Source: an uncultured virus (IMG/VR IMGVR_UViG_3300010157_000056)
Taxonomy: Duplodnaviria; Heunggongvirae; Uroviricota; Caudoviricetes
Strand: one strand, 5' to 3'
IMG/VR virus record: IMGVR_UViG_3300010157_000056
Location: 53,259-73,258 of that record
Length of the DNA stretch: 20,000 nucleotides
Below, one piece after another: positions 16,334 through 20,000 of this stretch. The translations under genes and the position numbers were made by a program. The notes under the pieces are model-generated. The model was not told where the DNA came from. It did no database searches and was given only the letters and a program-made list of their open reading frames with translations. The number at the start of each line of letters is the position of its first letter. Within the stretch, counting starts at the first letter, position 1.

Positions 16334-16576
16334 TTAAACTGTTTCTCCTTTTAAACCTTTGATTACCATATCTTTGGCACGTTTATCTAAATTGTTTTTT
16401 TCTGCTACCTGCATATGACCAGACATAAACTTAATGTATTCTAATACAACTTCTATACCTTGTTTAGTCCAGTAACTGTAGTCAGGTCCAACAGAGCTTT
16501 GATAATAAAAATCTTTATTATTCATTAATTCTGTTATACCGCCATATAGCAAATCTTTTAATGCTGCTTTTTCCAT
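16334..16576 (-). CDS. 80-aa hypothetical protein ([10 protein letters not shown]...)
   Basis: The ATG at 16576 lies 1 nt after the ligase stop, and the stop lies 1 nt before the infA ATG. The longer start in the ORF track overlaps the ligase. Confidence 0.8.
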   Translation of the reverse strand: MEKAALKDLLYGGITELMNNKDFYYQSSVGPDYSYWTKQGIEVVLEYIKFMSGHMQVAEKNNLDKRAKDMVIKGLKGETV

Positions 16577-16577
16577 A

Positions 16578-17891
16578 TTAAATCTTTTCGCCTGCTGCAA
16601 AGCCACGAAATTGTAGAAAACGCGGAAAGCGCAGGCTATAAGTGCCGTCTTGATTTTGTGTAATAGCATCTGCTCTCACTTCAACAATTTGACCAGGCAA
16701 GTTAGCACGATTATCCCAAAACTCAATTCGATCAGCATCGCTAAACCCACCACCAACATTGACTCGTATATCTCTACCGTCGTCATTACCGGAGCAAACA
16801 AGAGCTCCAAGTCGTCCCACGTTCTTTCCAGTACCTTCTTCAACATCTGTAATCTCCAATGATACTTCAATAAACGGTTTCATCTTGAGCCAACTGACAC
16901 TACGTTTGCACTCATATGGAGCATCAACGCTTTTGATCATAATGCCTTCAAACCCAGCTTCAATAGCTTCTTTGTTGTATTCTTTGAATTCCAACTCACC
17001 AACATAACTATCCAGATCTACTTCCTTTTGTGGAATGATGTCTAAATATCCAACTTGATCAAATACAGATTTCATTGCACGGAGAGCATTGCTGCGACGG
17101 CGCTGACCCAGGCTGCTTTCACCACGTTGGAATTCACTTAGTGGCAGCATATCAAACACCATCAGGCGTGCGTCGTTGCTATCAACATCGCTTTTACGAT
17201 GTACTTGTTTCATTAAGGCTTGGAAGCTGGAACTGACCATTTCGCCATCAATGATACAACTGCGATCAAACAGTTCAATCTTGGCTTCGATGGCTTTTGT
17301 GATATGGCTAAAGTTTTCTAGCAATGTACCATTACGGCTGTACATGACCGCAGTCTTATTTTCTGCATTGACTACAGTAATAACACGGACACCGTCCAAC
17401 TTGGGTTCTAAAAGTTTTTTACCTACAATCTTTTTCTCATGTTTAGCACCATCATGTGCTAACATGCATTCAAATACTGGAATAGTGAATTGTGGATAGG
17501 CTTTCTTACAAACTCGATTTACTGTGCCTTCGGTAAATCCTGCTCGCATATCTTTGATAAGGATACGACGATACCAATCGTTCCATTGTCGTTGTGTACT
17601 AGCTGCTAATGCCAATTCAATTGCATCACGGGCATCATGTCCTGTCAGTTGTCGTGTAGACAACAGGTGTGCCAGTTCTTTAAATGCAACCCAGGGGAGT
17701 CCTTGTCCATCCGGACCACTGTGTGTAGGTACTTTTTTAACACCAAATGTAACAAGAGGATCGTAGCACATACGCAGACCTTCAAACAGCTCTGTGTTAT
17801 CAAATTTGGCCTCAGAATCTAAGATTCCTTCTTTTTCCAAACGTCCTGGATGATCTTCTAGAATTCGGATAATGCTGTCGCAATTGCTCAT
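16578..17891 (-). CDS. ATP-dependent DNA ligase (T4 gp30-like)
   Basis: Motif I EPKLDGVR, III IIDGE, IIIa VFD, IV EGIMIK, V WLKMKP and VI SLRFPRF, plus an OB-fold C-terminus. Confidence 0.96.
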   Translation of the reverse strand: MSNCDSIIRILEDHPGRLEKEGILDSEAKFDNTELFEGLRMCYDPLVTFGVKKVPTHSGPDGQGLPWVAFKELAHLLSTRQLTGHDARDAIELALAASTQRQWNDWYRRILIKDMRAGFTEGTVNRVCKKAYPQFTIPVFECMLAHDGAKHEKKIVGKKLLEPKLDGVRVITVVNAENKTAVMYSRNGTLLENFSHITKAIEAKIELFDRSCIIDGEMVSSSFQALMKQVHRKSDVDSNDARLMVFDMLPLSEFQRGESSLGQRRRSNALRAMKSVFDQVGYLDIIPQKEVDLDSYVGELEFKEYNKEAIEAGFEGIMIKSVDAPYECKRSVSWLKMKPFIEVSLEITDVEEGTGKNVGRLGALVCSGNDDGRDIRVNVGGGFSDADRIEFWDNRANLPGQIVEVRADAITQNQDGTYSLRFPRFLQFRGFAAGEKI

Positions 17892-17924
17892 ATATTAGTT
17901 CCGCAAAAGTTTTTGTATGCGTTA

Positions 17925-17953
17925 ATTATACTGCATTTTACCAACTCTGTCAA
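17925..17953 (-). promoter_or_regulatory. Perfect-consensus sigma70 promoter for the ligase-hypothetical-infA operon
   Basis: The minus strand reads TTGACA (17953-17948), 17 bp, TATAAT (17930-17925), 33 nt upstream of the ligase ATG. Confidence 0.88.
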
Positions 17954-17969
17954 CCTGCATTTACCAACT
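17931..17969. repeat. 15/16-bp direct repeat flanking the -35 hexamer (candidate operator)
   Basis: CTGCATTTTACCAACT (17931-17946) and CTGCATTTACCAACT (17955-17969). Confidence 0.75.
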
Positions 17970-18297
17970 ATTCCGAAACACTAAAACTACTGCCACATCC
18001 ACAACTAGTCTCAGCATTTGGATTGCTAACTACAAAGCTGCTACCCATAATATCATCTCTATAATCAATAGTAGAACCACGAAGATATTGCATACTCATA
18101 CTATCAATTAGTATTAATCCATCTGTGTTTTCAATTACAAAGTCGTCTTCGTTTCGTTCTTCATCTAATGTAAAGCCGTAACTCATTCCTGAGCACCCGC
18201 CACCTTGGACAAAGGTTCTAAGTTTAATTTTTGGGTTATTTTCTTCAGCGATAATGTCTTTGATCTTGTACATTGCTGTGGAGGTTATAGTAATCAT
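17968..18297 (-). CDS. erpA: A-type Fe-S cluster carrier, ErpA/IscA (HesB family)
   Basis: [29 protein letters not shown] and [14 protein letters not shown]; all three conserved Cys are present. Confidence 0.93.
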   Translation of the reverse strand: MITITSTAMYKIKDIIAEENNPKIKLRTFVQGGGCSGMSYGFTLDEERNEDDFVIENTDGLILIDSMSMQYLRGSTIDYRDDIMGSSFVVSNPNAETSCGCGSSFSVSE

Positions 18298-18302
18298 ATT
18301 GT

Positions 18303-18331
18303 TATTTAACAGTTATGTGTTCCTATAAATA
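18303..18331. promoter_or_regulatory. Back-to-back T4-type late boxes (minus GTTAAATA 18303-18310; plus TATAAATA 18324-18331)
   Basis: In a 42-nt divergent gap, the boxes lie 5 nt before the erpA ATG and 8 nt before ATG 18340. Neither gene has an SD. Confidence 0.62.
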
Positions 18332-18339
18332 GTTTTATC

Positions 18340-19128
18340 ATGGCAACACGAATATTAATTATGGGGTTACCCGGGGCAGGTAAAACAACATTAGCAGCAA
18401 AACTGGCAGAGTTTTTGCTTAATAACTTTAAAACAGTAACTTGGCTTAATGCCGACGAGGTGCGTAAAGAATATAATGATTGGGACTTTAGTCAAGAAGG
18501 TCGCATCCGTCAAAGCAAGCGTATGTATGAATTGTCTACTAAGACAGAAAGTGAGTTTGTTATTGCAGATTTTGTAGCACCATTAGTTGAAATGCGTAAC
18601 AACTACAACGCAGATTGGACTATATGGGTAGACACCATTCGTGAAGGTCGTTATGCTGACACCAACAAAATGTTTACTGAACCTGAATTATATGATTTTC
18701 GTGTTAACGAACAAGATGCTGAAAAATGGAGTGAATTTATTGGCTTTCATTTAAAACTTAATCAACGCCGCCCTGTGTTTGACTGGAAGAAAGAAACAGT
18801 ACAGATGCTAGGTCGTTGGCAACCATGGCATGATGGGCATCGTGCATTATTTGAACGAGCTATTGCTAAAACAGGACAGGTAATAATACAGATACGTGAT
18901 TGCCAGGGTTGGAATGATTCAAATCCATTTGCTATTGAACAAGTAAAAAAATACATACGCAGAGACTTAGATCCACTATTTCAAGGGCAATATGAAATTC
19001 AAACAGTGCCTAACATTGTAAATATTACCTATGGGCGTGATGTTGGTTACAAGATTGAACAAGAATCGTTTGATGAAGCTATTATAAATATCAGTGCAAC
19101 ACAAATTAGAAAAGATTGGAAATACTAA
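18340..19128 (+). CDS. Adenylylsulfate kinase (CysC)-like P-loop kinase fused to an HxGH nucleotidyltransferase domain (262 aa)
   Basis: N-terminal GLPGAGKTT, LNADEVR, DWDFSQEGRIRQ..R and FVAP form the APS-kinase pattern. C-terminal MLGRWQPWHDGH and ISATQIR are cytidylyltransferase-like (HUP fold) motifs. Confidence 0.85.
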   Translation: MATRILIMGLPGAGKTTLAAKLAEFLLNNFKTVTWLNADEVRKEYNDWDFSQEGRIRQSKRMYELSTKTESEFVIADFVAPLVEMRNNYNADWTIWVDTIREGRYADTNKMFTEPELYDFRVNEQDAEKWSEFIGFHLKLNQRRPVFDWKKETVQMLGRWQPWHDGHRALFERAIAKTGQVIIQIRDCQGWNDSNPFAIEQVKKYIRRDLDPLFQGQYEIQTVPNIVNITYGRDVGYKIEQESFDEAIINISATQIRKDWKY

Positions 19129-19829
19129 TGATCCCTAAGACACCGTATACTCTACTATCATTTCAAATAATAGCACACTTGTCTATTATACCTATGATAT
19201 TGTATGCTACTTGGTGGCAATGGGGGATATCTATATTTGTTTATTTTTTATCAGGATGTTTTGGTATGACGATGACTTATCACCGATTACTATCTCATAA
19301 CTCATGGGAAGTAAATAAATCATTAAAATATTTGTTTACATTATTTGCTACAATAGGACTAACTGGCTCTGCAATCAGTTGGGTGTCGGTTCACAGGCAG
19401 CATCATGCATATTCTGATACCAAGGATGATCCGCACAGTCCTATTTATAAAGGTTGGTTTAGAGCACATTATTTGAGTATGTTCTCTACAGTGAAATTAA
19501 AATTTGCTGCTAGATTGCTCAAAGATAAGTTTTTCTTGTTTCAACATAAATTTTATTTTGAAATTAATTTAGTCTACGCTGCTATACTTTTTATGTGCAG
19601 TCCATTTTCAGTTATATATGCTTGGTTAGTCCCGGCAGCTATTCTCTGGAACACAGGGTCGTCTATAGTTTCCTTATCTCACAGGAACGAGACGGTACAT
19701 AATGATTTACCTCTAATACTTCTTGTATGGGGAGAAGGTTATCATTTAAACCATCATAATAATCCTAGTTTATGGAAGTTTGGTAAATGGGATATAGGTG
19801 GATTCTTTATAGGATTATTTAAAAAATGA
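19128..19829 (+). CDS. Membrane fatty acid desaturase, delta-9 (DesC/OLE1-like), 233 aa
   Basis: His boxes HRLLSH, HRQHH (with SDT..DPHSP) and GEGYHLNHH, plus hydrophobic segments. It starts in a TAATG overlap with the upstream gene. Confidence 0.92.
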   Translation: MIPKTPYTLLSFQIIAHLSIIPMILYATWWQWGISIFVYFLSGCFGMTMTYHRLLSHNSWEVNKSLKYLFTLFATIGLTGSAISWVSVHRQHHAYSDTKDDPHSPIYKGWFRAHYLSMFSTVKLKFAARLLKDKFFLFQHKFYFEINLVYAAILFMCSPFSVIYAWLVPAAILWNTGSSIVSLSHRNETVHNDLPLILLVWGEGYHLNHHNNPSLWKFGKWDIGGFFIGLFKK

Positions 19830-20000
19830 ATTTTGTTCCATTTAAAAATAATGCATTTAATTACACTTTAGTACATGTTGAGTTAGATGAAGCTGCTGGA
19901 TTGATCAGGCGCACATATGATGGCGTCTTGCCCACAGTGTCAGGACAAATCAATCCATATGAACAAACATCGGAACAAATTACAGAAGCATTTTATAATG
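19826..20000 (+). CDS. Partial hypothetical protein (MNFVPFKNNAFNYTLVHVELDEAAGLIRRTY...), runs off the window end
   Basis: ATGA overlap with the desaturase stop; the frame is open to 20000. Confidence 0.65.
   Translation, partial: MNFVPFKNNAFNYTLVHVELDEAAGLIRRTYDGVLPTVSGQINPYEQTSEQITEAFYN

Noticed and set aside
16577..16669. Track N-terminal extension of the 111-aa ORF
   Set aside because: It overlaps the ligase C-terminus; ATG 16576 fits the TAA-N-ATG coupling seen elsewhere.
14001..18956. Short nested ORFs (14001-, 16650+, 16676-, 16759+, 17176+, 17524+, 17637+, 18762-)
   Set aside because: Each lies entirely within a well-supported gene and has no independent signals.
1..20000. Stop-codon reassignment as seen in some large phages
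   Set aside because: Genes are full length and densely packed in code 11, and TAG and TGA end genes at natural C-termini (giant protein, ErpA, desaturase).

Overview
This is a fragment of a large T4-like (myovirus-type, probably jumbo) bacteriophage genome in standard genetic code, with no tRNA, rRNA, CRISPR or transposase. The left ~14.5 kb is a minus-strand cluster of virion and fibre genes. It includes a truncated Mtd_N/beta-helix protein, a 2173-aa protein with 21 putative-Ig repeats, nearly Pro-free GYTGS collagen-like arrays in three proteins, a T4 gp9/gp10-type N-terminal anchor and a LamG lectin. The right ~5.5 kb carries an HNH nuclease, an AT-rich orphan, translation initiation factor IF1, an ATP-dependent DNA ligase, an ErpA/IscA Fe-S carrier, an APS-kinase-like/HxGH-nucleotidyltransferase fusion and a delta-9-type fatty acid desaturase. 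Regulation is unusually readable: there are two near-consensus sigma70 promoters whose spacers share a TTTACCAA motif, and recurring T4-late-type TAAATA boxes. Five of those boxes sit only 5-8 nt before SD-less start codons, next to tightly coupled genes and a phage IF1. All family assignments come from motif recognition, not database searches.
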